Origin: Eledone cirrhosa
Lineage: Eukaryota
Direction of reading: 5' to 3'
Assembly (NCBI GenBank): GCA_964016885.1
Contig: OZ024741.1
Coordinates: forward strand, 236,344,001 to 236,408,000
Length of the DNA: 64,000 nt
The notes below the pieces were generated by a model that saw nothing but the letters and a program-made list of their open reading frames with translations, did no database searches and was not told the origin of the DNA. Positions 24,620-36,044 of this stretch are shown one piece after another; position 1 is the stretch's first letter, and each line of letters begins with the position of its first letter. The position numbers were made by a program, and so were the translations under genes.

Positions 24620-25890
24620 TGATTAATAAATCAAATCAAATATTTTAATCTTTAATGTAACATCTGTTCTTGCTGCTTTTCCGCACCCCCAAGAACTGAA
24701 TCTTGCACCCCAGGTTAAGAACCACTGCTCTAGACGCTTTCGCACTCAGTCGTTGCCACTGGTCTCTATTCTCTGGCATGTATAGAAGGGCCTCGGTGTT
24801 TTGACAAGTCCAGTCTTTGATGTTGTCGGATCAAGATTTTCTTTGACAAACAGATAGATATATAGACAAAGCAAAACGAGAAGTCCGTATATGATTGTGT
24901 GCGTGTGTGCGTGTGCGCGTCTTTGTGTGCCAATCTATACTAATAAAGCTGACGGCCGTATGTATGTAACAAACTTTTCGCCAAACGGCTGAACCAAACG
25001 GCACCAAATTTGCACCATAGGTGTAACTTTTTCCAGGTAAGAAACTGAGGGTATTTTTGTCTACTAAAAGATTAAAGATATTATTTAAATATTATTAAAA
25101 GATTAAAGATATTATTTAAATATTATTAAAAGATTAAAGATATTTAAATATTCACTTTAAAATTTTCAAATGTCAACACTTCCGGTTATACGACGTTCCT
25201 CTCTCTTTCTTAGTCTGTCATTTTAGATAGATACATAGCTATAACGTCGCGCCTTTATAATATGTCTCTGTATATCTGGCTGTCTGCATTATGAAAACCA
25301 TTCTGTGCATTGACTTCGTTATCTGTGTGTGTGTGTATATATGTATATATATATATATATATATATAGTGTATATATATATATAGTGTTAGTATCATAAA
25401 TAAGAGACAGTTTAATTTGTACATTTTATTACACCATTCCTTTATACGTATATATACATACGTAAACATGTTATTTACAGTTGTATAAAAAAAGAAGTAT
25501 GATTGTTTCTACTTTTGGCACAAGGCCAGCAATTATCCCAGTACATTACTGGTACTTTATTATATATAATATATATATAATATATATATAATACGACATT
25601 CCTCTCTCTTTCTTACTCTGTCTTTTTAGATAGATACATAGCGATAACGTCGCGCGCTTATAACATCTGTCTGTATGTCTGTCTGCATTGACTTCGCTTC
25701 TAACCAACTTCTAATTAATTATATATATAAAAGAAATAGGATTTCGCTTCAAGCATAGCTTTATACAATATGTATAGAAATTTCGTATTTCGAAAGAAAT
25801 ACGATTTTAGGGAGCCGTAGCTATGCAAACACCGGGGGGGGGGGGGGGGCTAACGCCCTCTGGTGTTGTCCAGCAGAAGCAAGGCGGACA

Positions 25891-25934
25891 ACCGTCTATG
25901 CATTTCAGGCTTGACTGGGTATCGTCAGGACGAT
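25891..25934 (-). ncRNA. Hammerhead-like motif with unpaired stem II
   Basis: Minus: ATCGTC-CTGACGA-TACCCAGTCAAGCCT-GAAA-TGCA-TA-GACGGT. Stem I is 6 bp and the core is intact, but stem II cannot pair as written. Confidence 0.5.
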
Positions 25935-26029
25935 CCCTCCCACTGCTCTGCGACTACTGGTCTTGAAAACAGCCGGGAATATATAGTTTTCGGCTGTTTT
26001 CAAGTCCAGCAGTCGCATATATTTCGAAA

Positions 26030-26667
26030 TACATTTTAAACAGTAATACTATATATTTTCAACAGTAATACTATACTATATGTTTTCAACAGTAATACTA
26101 TACTATATATTTTCAACAGTAATATTATACTATATATTTTAAACAGTAATACTATATATTTTCAACAGTAATACTATACTATATATTTTCAACAGTAATA
26201 CTATACTATATGTTTTTAACAGTAATATTATACTATATATTTTCAACAGTAATACTATACTATATATTTTCAACAGTAATATTATACTATATATTTTCAA
26301 CAGTAATATTATACTATATATTTTCAACAGTAATATTATACTATATATTTTCAACAGTAATATTATACTATATATTTTCAACAGTAATACTATACTATAT
26401 ATTTTCAACAGTAATATTATACTATATATTTTCAACAGTAATACTATACTATATATTTTCAACAGTAATACTATACTATATGTTTTCAACAGTAATACTA
26501 TACTATATATTTTCAACAGTAATATTATACTATATATTTTCAACAGTAATATTATACTATATATTTTCAACAGCAATACTGTACTATACTATATATTTTC
26601 AACAGCAATACTGTACTATACTATATATTTTCAGCAGTAATATTGTACTATATATTTTCAACAGTAA
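26030..26667. repeat. 27-bp minisatellite (TACTATACTATATATTTTCAACAGTAA)n; continues in pieces to ~31340
   Basis: Over 20 tandem units here. Further units at 27270-27323, 28094-28182, 28468-28623, 29444-29500 and 31248-31338. Confidence 0.97.
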
Positions 26668-27269
26668 TCTATATATCTAAAACAGAGAATGTCTGTCTGT
26701 CTGTCTGTCTGTCCAATCACTAAAACTCGAGAACCACCCAACCGATTGTTTTCAAACTTTACACATGTAATAATTATGGTCCTGTGAGTGTTTTGAGCAA
26801 AAAGAATTTCATTTTTTCAATGCCCTAGGGACCCCATTAGGCGATTTAGCGATCTCTTTCTCTCTCTTTTAGTCTTTCTCTTTTTAGATAGATACATAGA
26901 TATAACGTTGCGCCCTTATAATATCTGTCTGTACGCCTGGCTGTCTACATTACGGTATTATGACGTAGCTGTGTGTGTGTGTATATATATATATATATTT
27001 CGAAATATTTACTTCCGCGTTCACAGATTGATTTTTTTTACTTTCAGCAGATCCCGTCAAGGGTGAAAGCAGCGATTCTTTGCTTAAACTTTAATCTGTT
27101 ATTTTAATATATATATATAATTATATATCCGTGTACAGATATTTTTGCATACACAATAACAAAATATAAACAAACGTATTTATTTCACGAGCCTCGATAA
27201 GGATAAATATATATCAAATATATAATAACCCTAGAGCAAATCCCGAACAACGCCTGGCCATTCTGCTAG
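26668..27269 (+). mobile_element. Non-autonomous Helitron inserted in minisatellite
   Basis: CAGTAA|TC...hairpin...CTAG|TACTATAC. Confidence 0.85.
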
Positions 27270-27323
27270 TACTATACTATATGTTTTCAACAGTACTACT
27301 GTACTATATATTTTCAACAGTAA

Positions 27324-28093
27324 TCTGTATATATATATAAAGATGAAGTTTTCTGTGTGTGTGTGTATGTGTGTGTGGACAATTTTTAATGAGGGCTCAT
27401 ATATTCTAAACCATTCATGCGATTTCTTTGAAATTTTTTACAGAGCTTCTCCTTGTACAAAACCTGTACATGATCTACAAAGGCTTTCAAAAATCGATAT
27501 TGGGGTCTTTAGAGACATTAAAAAAGTTTCGGTTATTTGTGTCAATTTTCGTGATTAAGTAAGACAAGAGTTATCTTTCGTCAATACAATAGGAACTCAT
27601 TTTTGATGACGTTGGCTGTTCTCGATTTGGTAATCCTGACAACCTATTTATTTATGCTCCTGACCGGAAAACCAAAAATGTTGTATATAAATCTGCTCTT
27701 CAATAATCCAAAAGACAACGAGTGCTCCCATCCAACTTCCACTTCTTTTTATAACGATTTGCTCATCCATCAGTTCCCCCCTGTTATGGCCAATCTGTAT
27801 TGTTATTTCAGCCTATGTATATAATAGTGTCTATTATTCACTTCACTTCTCTATTTCATGATGCGCTTTTACTGTTGTCAAAAAAATGTATACCTAGACT
27901 GGATTTCTGTTGTTACATGGGATAACGGATGACACCGAGCTCACATATTAATTATTTCGCTGGAATAGTGCCTAAGGTTTTCATGTTTACATAAAGTACG
28001 TTTTTCTTCTATGTATTCAAATTTACTTTGTTTAGTTTAATGAGCTACATCGAAAGCTACTTGAACCGTCCAAAGGACTGGTACTTTAGCTAG
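27324..28093 (+). mobile_element. Non-autonomous Helitron inserted in minisatellite
   Basis: CAGTAA|TCTGTATATA...GTCCAAAGGAC...CTAG|TACTG. Confidence 0.8.
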
Positions 28094-28182
28094 TACTGTA
28101 CTATATATTTTCAACAGTAATACTATACTATATATTTTCAAGAGTAATACTGTTCTGTACTATATATTTTCAACAGTAATAC

Positions 28183-28467
28183 AGAAACAAGATCGTGTTT
28201 CGCGGCCTATGTCTCCGATTCCAACGGTGGTTTACACACACGCGCACGCAAACACACACACGCACACACATGAACACTCACACACACACATACACACACA
28301 CACGAACACTCACACATATATATATATACACAAACACACACAAACACACACACACACACACACACAAACACTGTAAACAAGACAATGCATTCAATACAGA
28401 CGTTTTCTCTTCTGCCGGTCTTCTCTTATCATTTGTTAACCTTGGCGAAGCTGAGTACCTCAACTAG
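28183..28467 (+). mobile_element. Helitron 3' fragment
   Basis: Near-copy of 30955-31247. Ends CTTGGCGAAGCTGAG..CTAG|T. Confidence 0.8.
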
Positions 28468-28623
28468 TACTATATATTTTCAACAGTAATACTATACTAT
28501 ACTATATATTTTCAACAGTAATACTATACTATATATTTTCAACAGTAATACTATACTATACTATATATTTTCAAAAGTAATACTATACTATATGTTTTCA
28601 ACAGTCATACTATACTATATATT

Positions 28624-29443
28624 GGCATAGGTAAAATATAACGTCCGGGAAAGTGAAACTAATTTTTATGACAAGTGAATGTGTTTGTTTTTTAGTATTG
28701 CGTGTGTGATTATTTTTTCTTTTTCTTTTTTTGTGTATTGTGTGTACGGAAAATTATACTTACCTTATCAACATCCTTATTAGACCGTATAAATAGCTGA
28801 AATACAGTTGATCATCTCGCCAAATTTGTTGGCACCAACTCTCTGCCGCCAAAGAAATTCAGCTAAATACGAGGGGAATAAATCGTCGCTTGTCCCATGT
28901 TGTCGACGGAGCTTTTTCTTCGCACGGCTCCAAGAGTTCTCTCGTGAGACTCTTGTCCCCATTATACAGGAATGGATTTTGCCAGGAAGCCACATCATGT
29001 CCGACGGTTGGGCTTCCTATTCTGATATTGAGGAAATTCAAGGTGGCATTTACCTCCATGATGTTGTTGTGCACCAACGGAACTTTGTCGATCCTGAAGA
29101 CCCTAATGTGCACACACAACTCATAGAGAACACTTGGAGCCGTGCGAAGAAAAAGCTCCGTCGACAACATGGGACAAGCGACGATTTATTCCCCTCGTAT
29201 TTAGCTGAATTTCTTTGGCGGCAGAGAGTTGGTGCCAACAAATTTGGCGAGATGATCAACTGTATTTCAGCTATTTATACGGTCTAATAAGGATGTTGAT
29301 AAGGTAAGTATAATTTTCCGTACACACAATACACAAAAAAAGAAAAAGAAAAAATAATCACACACGCAATACTAAAAAACAAACACATTCACTTGTCATA
29401 AAAATTAGTTTCACTTTCCCGGACGTTATATTTTACCTATGCC
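28624..29443. mobile_element. Merlin (IS1595/ISXO2-like) fold-back element, 319-bp arms, 9-bp TSD
   Basis: The + strand encodes ILPGSHIMSDGWASY..H..NFVDP..VHTQLIENTW..YLAEFLWR. Arms 28624-28942 / 29125-29443; GG..CC ends; TSD CTATATATT. Confidence 0.93.
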
Positions 29444-29500
29444 CTATATATTTTCAACAGTAATACTATACTATATATTTTCAACAGTAATACTATACTA

Positions 29501-31247
29501 TCTGTACCATAAAGCTGACGCCAAGCGGCAGAAGCAAACGGCACCAAATTTGCACCATAGATGTAACTTTTTGCAAGTAAGAAAGTCTACTGAATTTTGT
29601 TAAAAGATTAGACATTATTTAAATATTCACTTCTTTAAAATTTTCAAATGTCAACACTTCCGGTTATACGACATTCCTAGCGTCTTCAGCAACCAAAGAA
29701 TCATCTTCCTGTTTTCTTTCGGTTGCAACGTTTTTCGAAATATTTACTTCTGCGTTCACAGATTGATTTTTTTAGTTTCAGAGATCCCGTCAAGGGTGAA
29801 AGCAGCGATTCTTTGCTTAAACTTTAACCTGTTATTTTAATATATATATATATAATTATATATTCGTGTACAGATATTTTTGCATACTCAAAAACAAAAT
29901 ATAAACAAACATTTATTTCACGAAATTGTTACTGCCAAGATGCCACCCAAAAAGTCCCAGCCTGGCCGCAAGATCAGATTTTCCAGAAGAAAAAATGTTA
30001 TAACAAACGTATTTATTTCACGAAAGCACAGACAGCTTATCGTCACTGTTACTGCCGATATGCTACACAAAAAGTCATAGCCTGGCCGTAAGATCAGATT
30101 TTCCAGAAGAAAAAATGTTACTAGAGCAACAGAAAAACTAAGCTTCGCGATTACCATCAACAAAGCTCGGGGTCAAACCCTAAAAGTGGCTGGCCTTCAT
30201 CTGGGAAAACCATAGTTAATTGTATGTAGGATGCTCTAGGGTGAGCTCACCAAACAACCTCTTCATATATATTTGCTCCCGAGGGCCGAACAAAAAATAT
30301 TGTATACTCTGAGGCTCTAACAATGTAATTTATGTATTTTCTGTTACTTGGAATTTCCATTATGGTTGTACAAATTATTGTAAAGTTTGTTAAAAAATGT
30401 GTTCTCTGTTCAACCTTTATTGTTGTAACTATCAATTTTCTTTAACGTACTGGCTGAGAAAAGAAACCTACAATGAAAGAACATCTTAAAGTTTACCCAA
30501 GCCAAATGTTGTATTTATTAACATTTTTATCTGCAGGTTCTTAGCAAGCTTACTGGCGCTTTAGTATGGTGTTCAATTCTCACATCGTTTTTGATTGATA
30601 TGGTGCATATATCGCTGCTATTCATATGTTTTAAACATTAGATAACGATTGCTGATGTATATTGTACGACAGAATTAGCTGAAAAATATTTTGAATGAAC
30701 AAATAAAAGAGATATAAAAGAGAGATGTTTGTTGGTTGGTTCCATCGCGTATCACACGAAAAAAACGAAAAGTGACAATCGGAAAGTATGTACAGGATTG
30801 GGATAAGAGTATATCCAGGAAAGTTTATTGATACTAATTTTATAACACCAAAGAAGAAGAAAGACATACCACGTATGCTAACCAACCTGACTGCTATTTC
30901 TAGCAGGCTGGGAATCAACCATAAGGGATTCTCTCTGCGAGTTCGTTGTCAGTGATGATCATGTGTCGCGGCCTATATCTCCGATTTCAACGGTGGTTTA
31001 CACACACACACACGCACACGAACACTCACACAGGCACACACACACATATATTTATATATACACACACACACATATATATACACACACACAAAAACACTCA
31101 TATACACACACACACATATATATATATATACAAACACACACACACACACACTGTAAAGAAGACAATGCATTCAATACAGACGTTTTCTCTTCTGTCGGTC
31201 TTCTCTTATCATTTGTTAACCTTGGCGAAGCTGAGTACCTCAGCTAG
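29501..31247 (+). mobile_element. Internally deleted Helitron with RepHel helicase C-terminal remnant (30135-30325)
   Basis: KLSFAITINKARGQTLKVAGLHL..LYVGCSRV..TKNIVYSEAL (PIF1-type motifs V/VI). A|TC...CTAG|T ends. Confidence 0.88.
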
Positions 31248-32224
31248 TACTATATATTTTCAACGGTAATACTATACTATATATTTTCAACAGTAATACT
31301 ATACTATATTATATATTTTCAACAGTAATACTATACTACACAGACGGCTTATCGTCTGTTTATCCAAGTGAAGCTAGGTACGTCAGCTATATATATATAT
31401 ATATATGGATGCCGTAGAACACGCCAATGGGAGTCGGGCGCCAGCCGGACGGGCCAGCTAGTGCTGGATAAAAAAGACAGATAATGCTTCAAGATAAACA
31501 TGTTTATACAGCACACACATTAAGACGTGTTGGCACCCTTTAACATATATTCTAATTAAATAATGAAAAGATAGTCATTTAGAAGGGGGGGGGGGAGAAG
31601 TAAAGAGAGCAAGAGAAAGAACTTCCAAACATATTTTTAAAGTGTATCTATCTATTTATCTTTTCAGGTGATTACAAGACAAAGTCAGTGGGAAATCCGA
31701 GCGCGCTCGCGTTTTTGCGTGCGTGTTGAATACAAAACAGATACCGTGAAATAAAGATGCGTTCATACATAACACAATATAAGACAATATGTGTTGGATT
31801 AAAAATATATCCTTTGACGTATATTCTAAGTAGATAATGAGGCAATGGTCGTTATGAAAAAGCAGAGATAAAAAGGAGTAGTAATACAGAGAAAGGAGTG
31901 TTGTAGTTTGCTTGAAGCATCGTGGAACGTGTAGAAAAAGTTTATTTTTATTTTTGCTTTTAGAAGGCTATAACATTTTAAAAAGGCTATAGCAGAAGAA
32001 CAACACAAGTTAACATGCTCCGACTTGGTTTATTTAACTAACTTTATGACGAAATAGTTTTATCCCGAAATGTTACAAATTAATCAAACTCCTCCAAGGC
32101 AACATTCCAACAACATTATTATCATTATTTTAAACATTTAATGACCAATTTACCTTGTTGCTGCTCTCTAAGAAAAGCGCCATTTTCTCTGTATGGTTTA
32201 TTAAAGCTGATCTAGAGACCTTAC

Positions 32225-32272
32225 TCTGTCTGAAGAATCTGAAGAACGTAGGAGAAACTCCGGGGTAATAGA
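32225..32272 (+). ncRNA. Type I hammerhead ribozyme candidate
   Basis: TCTGT-CTGAAGA-A-TCT..GGA-GAAA-CT-CCGG-GG-TA-ATAGA. Palindromic loop III and GUA triplet; weak stem II. Confidence 0.62.
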
Positions 32273-32624
32273 TACTAGATCATTCTTAATCTGTTAATCA
32301 CTATTAAGGTATTAGGTACTCATTCTCGCGTGTTTTATACTAAACACACTCGCCCACGCACATACACATGCACGTATGTCACACATATAATTATATAGTT
32401 GAAAACATGCATATTGCAGATGTGTGGTTCGATTCCCGCAGGCCGCTCTCTCGACTTTTTTTTCCGGCTTCTGGTTTTATTTAACCAATATATTCAACTA
32501 TTTTGAAATTAATTCCATCAAACATTAAGACTCTTTTCCTACTATATCAAGCGTTAAACTAATATATTTCTTCATTGTAATGTATTTGCTTTGTTAATTC
32601 TGTTTACGTTTTGCACCACTCCCA

Positions 32625-32670
<46 letters not shown>

Positions 32671-32991
32671 AAGTTTGTCCTCATCAGTGGCCATCCAACC
32701 GTCGTAGGCATTTCGTCGCATTAAAGGCCATATACCTCAGGATGGGATAACAAGTTAGCGTTTTAGGTAATCCAGTTAGAGGTTGTGAGTACTCCGTACT
32801 GTGGATAGTTTTAATGTACGGCGTTGCTTGACTCAACAAGAGGTTTCCATAGTTAGGTAGCGAGTTCGCGAGAATTCCCATTCGAGTGATTAGCGGCCTT
32901 TAGACTCACCTGATCAATGAAACAATTGTTAATAATTAATACTAGAAATAAAACCCTTTTTGTACAGCCGACCATGTTATTCTTCAAACTT

Positions 32992-33037
<46 letters not shown>

Positions 33038-33124
33038 GCAAAAGTAAACAGAAATAACAAAGCAGCCGACACAGTACAATGAAGAAATATATTAATTTAA
33101 CGCTTGATATAGTAGGAAAAGAAG

Positions 33125-33158
33125 CTTAACGTTTCGGACACTAGTCCTTCATCAGAAG
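33125..33158 (-). ncRNA. Minimal hammerhead ribozyme (no loop III)
   Basis: Minus: CTT-CTGATGA-A-GGAC-TAGT-GTCC-GAAA-C-G-TT-AAG. Core identical to 43970-44005. Confidence 0.75.
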
Positions 33159-33789
33159 ATAGAATGAGAAATGAAAGATGAAATAGAAAAATAGAGAGTG
33201 GAAAGAGGAGGAAACGGAGACATTTTTTTTTTTTTTTTAGAAAAACACGTGTGTATTCAGCCAGCTATTTTGGAGGAGAAATGCTGGTCAGTGGCTATCT
33301 TAGGTATTAGAGAGGTTTAGAAAGGGCGGTAATCAGTGTGTGAGTGTGTGTGTGTGCATGTGTGCAGGTGGGTGCGCGCGCGTCTGTGTATGTCTGTATG
33401 TATATTTGTTTGTTTGTGCAAAGGTATGAAGGATGGACGTTGGACCATGATGGGGCTGGCTGCTGTGAGAGATCGGGGTGTGAGTGAGTGCGCGCGCATT
33501 AACTGACCAACGTAGGGAAGTGTTATAAATATGTGTATGAAATTTTGCATATACATACATAAACACATACGTAGAAGCAGTCCTAAAAGGTAGTATAGAA
33601 AAGGAGGGGATAACGAATATGATCATTACCTTATATATTTTATTTCGAAGAGTCGAAGAGCATGATTATGTCGTGGGGTCAAGGACAGTGTCAAGGTTTT
33701 GAGAGATTAGTCCAGTAGGTCATATGCAAGCAATTATATAATTACAGTTTGTTTACAAACCAAAGAATTTACAGTTTAAGGCATTTATT

Positions 33790-33889
33790 AACTGACAATT
33801 GTTTCTACCCGGGTTATACTAAATATAGCGCATTGTTTTATTTAACAATTCGCCATTTGTGTGTATAGACTGTGGGTCTCATCAGAGTT
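33790..33889 (-). ncRNA. Type I hammerhead with long stem II
   Basis: Minus: AACT-CTGATGA-G-ACCC..TATAC..TGGCG-A-ATTGTT/AACAAT-G-CGCTA..GTATA..GGGT-A-GAAA-C-AATT-G-TC-AGTT. GUC triplet. Confidence 0.8.
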
Positions 33890-34070
33890 GAATTAAATAC
33901 CGATACAAGTCACTCAGGGAAATATTTAGAACAGATAATATATATATATATATCACTCATCAAAATAACTGCAAACTTTTATCGTGATATTTTGATGAGT
34001 AATATGTATATTATCTGTTTTAATTATTTTCCTGGGTGACTTGTATCGGTATTTAATTTAACTGTGATGA
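33879..34070. repeat. Imperfect inverted repeat whose arms end at the hammerhead CTGATGA
   Basis: 33879-33967 vs 33988-34070. The right arm ends AACTGTGATGA. Confidence 0.82.
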
Positions 34071-34576
34071 CACAAACGGAGGCATGGTTGGTGTCGGAAA
34101 TGTAGGAGAGGCGGGAACCTACTAGAGGGTGGAGTTGAGATAGGCGGAGATGAGTTCTGTGGGATAGTGGCAGGAAGAAGAGTGGTGTTGCGAATACAGT
34201 TCAAAAGGTTCAAGAGTCGGAGTTCGTAGGTAATCCGAGGGAAATCCAAGAGTAGTCCAAGAGTATTCCAGTGGTAATCCGAGGGTACAAGTAAGGACCC
34301 ACATTTGAGTGGAAGTATATATCAAGAAAACACGAGGATGTCTTAACGTAAAGTCGTATTAGTTTTACTCTTAAGAGGATAGTTTCGTTTACTTATATAA
34401 GAAATGACAACACAATCGGTACAGTATATGAAAGGAATATATTAGGTTAACGCTTGAAATAGCATGAGAAATAAGATAGATTGAAAGGACGGGCGGGGTG
34501 GAATTGGACAAAATAATGTCTTTAGAAAAAAATAACAGGTCCATTCGTGTTGACATCTTTTATATATATATATATG

Positions 34577-34638
<62 letters not shown>

Positions 34639-34668
34639 AAGTGGTTACACAACAGTTAGTTCACCATA

Positions 34669-34708
34669 CCGAGAACAATTGTTTCACCTTAGCGGATCCT
34701 CAGCTCGG
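34669..34708 (-). ncRNA. Minimal type I hammerhead ribozyme
   Basis: Identical mirror of 35411-35450. Confidence 0.87.
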
Positions 34709-35410
34709 AATGGGCATGGTTATAGGAACAGGAAGGACAACCGTACGAACGCGCATGCGCAGAAACCCGGTCACTTCACACAGGCAATACTAGACTGCGT
34801 GCGAGAGGTGTAAGGGAGATAACTGCCCCCTTCAACAGCAATGCAACAGACCAGCTGTAATTTATGAAGCTGTGGTCACTTCCAACCGACCAAACGAACC
34901 AGAGAGGTCAAATCATATGTGGGCATGGCGGAGGGCCGATTTAAGGAACGTTTCCTGAACCGCCAGTCTACCTTCAGGTACCCGGACAGACGTTCATCCA
35001 CGAAACTCGCGAGCCACGTATGGTCCCTCAAGGAATCAAGTATAGACTACTCCATTCAATGGAAAGCCATCACTAAGAAAAAACCATACGCAAGGGGAAA
35101 TCCGACGTGTGGCTTATGTATTAACGAACGAATAGCTATTCTAAAGAGATTACGCAATAGTGATTGCCTAAACACGAGAAATGAATTTTTCACACGTTGT
35201 CCACACGTCGCCAAACACCTATTGCATAACTACAAGGCTCCGGACTGATTCTTTGTAATTTTATTTTCAACCTAAAAACTTTTCGGACTTTCGCAGTTAT
35301 CTCCCTTACACCTCTCGCACGCAGTCTTGTATTGCCTGTGTGAAACGACTGGGTTTCTGCGCATGCGCGTTCGTACGGTTGTCCTTCCTGTTCCTATAAC
35401 CATGCCCATT

Positions 35411-35450
35411 CCGAGCTGAGGATCCGCTAAGGTGAAACAATTGTTCTCGG
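35411..35450 (+). ncRNA. Minimal type I hammerhead ribozyme in PLE 3' pLTR
   Basis: CCGAG-CTGAGGA-TCC-GCTAA-GGT-GAAA-C-AATT-G-TT-CTCGG. 1-bp stem III with palindromic loop; GUU triplet. Confidence 0.87.
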
Positions 35451-35540
35451 TATGGTGAACTAACTGTTGTGTAACCACTTCTACCTAACTCGTCCCATGG
35501 ACTGAGTGCTCTACCACTACGGATATTACCTTCCAGTGTT

Positions 35541-35579
<39 letters not shown>

Positions 35580-36044
35580 CCAAGATGGTCAGCAGTAAAA
35601 CAATAGCTAGCTTTAGCTATGTAACTATGTATCTATTTATCTTTTAACAATTAATAAAACATCTACCTGTCTACGTACCTAGCTGTCTACCTTTCTATAT
35701 AGCTATCTTTTTATCTCTTTGTCTATTTATCTCTCTGGGGGAGTCGTAGCTACACCATATTGACATACGACGTTACTAGGGCTTTTTGAACCTGGCGGAG
35801 CCCATTCTTCTCCAAGTCTGAATGCAGCAGATTTCTTCCAGAGAAGAAGAGAGAATAAGGGAATGCAGAAGAGAAAGAGATATAGAGGAAGAATTGACTC
35901 CAGTAATATATATATATTGTTTTACTGCTGACCATTTTGTCAACAATGAGAGGCAGAATGAAGAAGATATCAAAGCATACACGTTTTCAAATTACTTGTT
36001 AATATTTATATTAACAAGTAATTACATAATAAACAACACGATAT

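Larger units (their letters stand above)
23239..24727. mobile_element. Non-autonomous hAT (Charlie-like) element with nested insertions
   Basis: TIRs CAGTGGTTCTTAACCT / AGGTTAAGAACCACTG. 8-bp TSD CTCTAGAC at 23231-23238 and 24728-24735. Confidence 0.93.
23181..24845 (-). mobile_element. RTE LINE 3' end, split by a hAT insertion
   Basis: 23181-23238 and 24736-24845 join to match the uninterrupted copy at 59038-59190. Confidence 0.85.
24934..31390 (+). mobile_element. Outer non-autonomous Helitron containing a minisatellite and nested elements
   Basis: A|TCTATACTAATAAAGCTGACG start, same family as 29501. Family-like 3' end CCAAGTGAAGCTAGGTACGTCAGCTAT. An alternative hairpin+CTAG end is at 31461. 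Confidence 0.6.
34639..35545 (+). mobile_element. 5'-truncated Penelope-like element (Naiad-type GIY-YIG) with inverted 5' pLTR, in (TA)n
   Basis: NCPL..C..VIYEAVV..YVG..FKERF..STKLASHVW..CGLC..E..LNTRNE..CPH (34821-35248, one frameshift). 188-bp inverted arms 34639-34826 / 35293-35480. Confidence 0.93.

Noticed and set aside
26139-26680. Repetitive ORFs (LLLKIYSII)n and a CRISPR-like periodicity
   Set aside because: A 27-bp minisatellite with no unique spacers and no cas genes, in a eukaryotic context.
31655-31730. Splice acceptor-like TTTTCAG|GTG (also ~42660-42675) as host exons
   Set aside because: No convincing donor or reading frame. Cannot be supported without RNA-seq.
32410-32452. 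tRNA gene (GGTTCGATTCCCGCAGGCCG)
   Set aside because: Only a T-arm/B-box fragment with no cloverleaf. SINE heads elsewhere are likewise not tRNA genes.
32660-32960. Possible PLE thumb remnant with truncated CTGATGAGGAC (minus) and GAAACAATTGTT (plus)
   Set aside because: Too degenerate. The ribozyme halves are on opposite strands and incomplete.
34821-35248. Selenocysteine recoding, as reported for some Naiad PLEs
   Set aside because: The conserved Cys positions use TGC/TGT. There is no in-frame TGA before the terminal stop.
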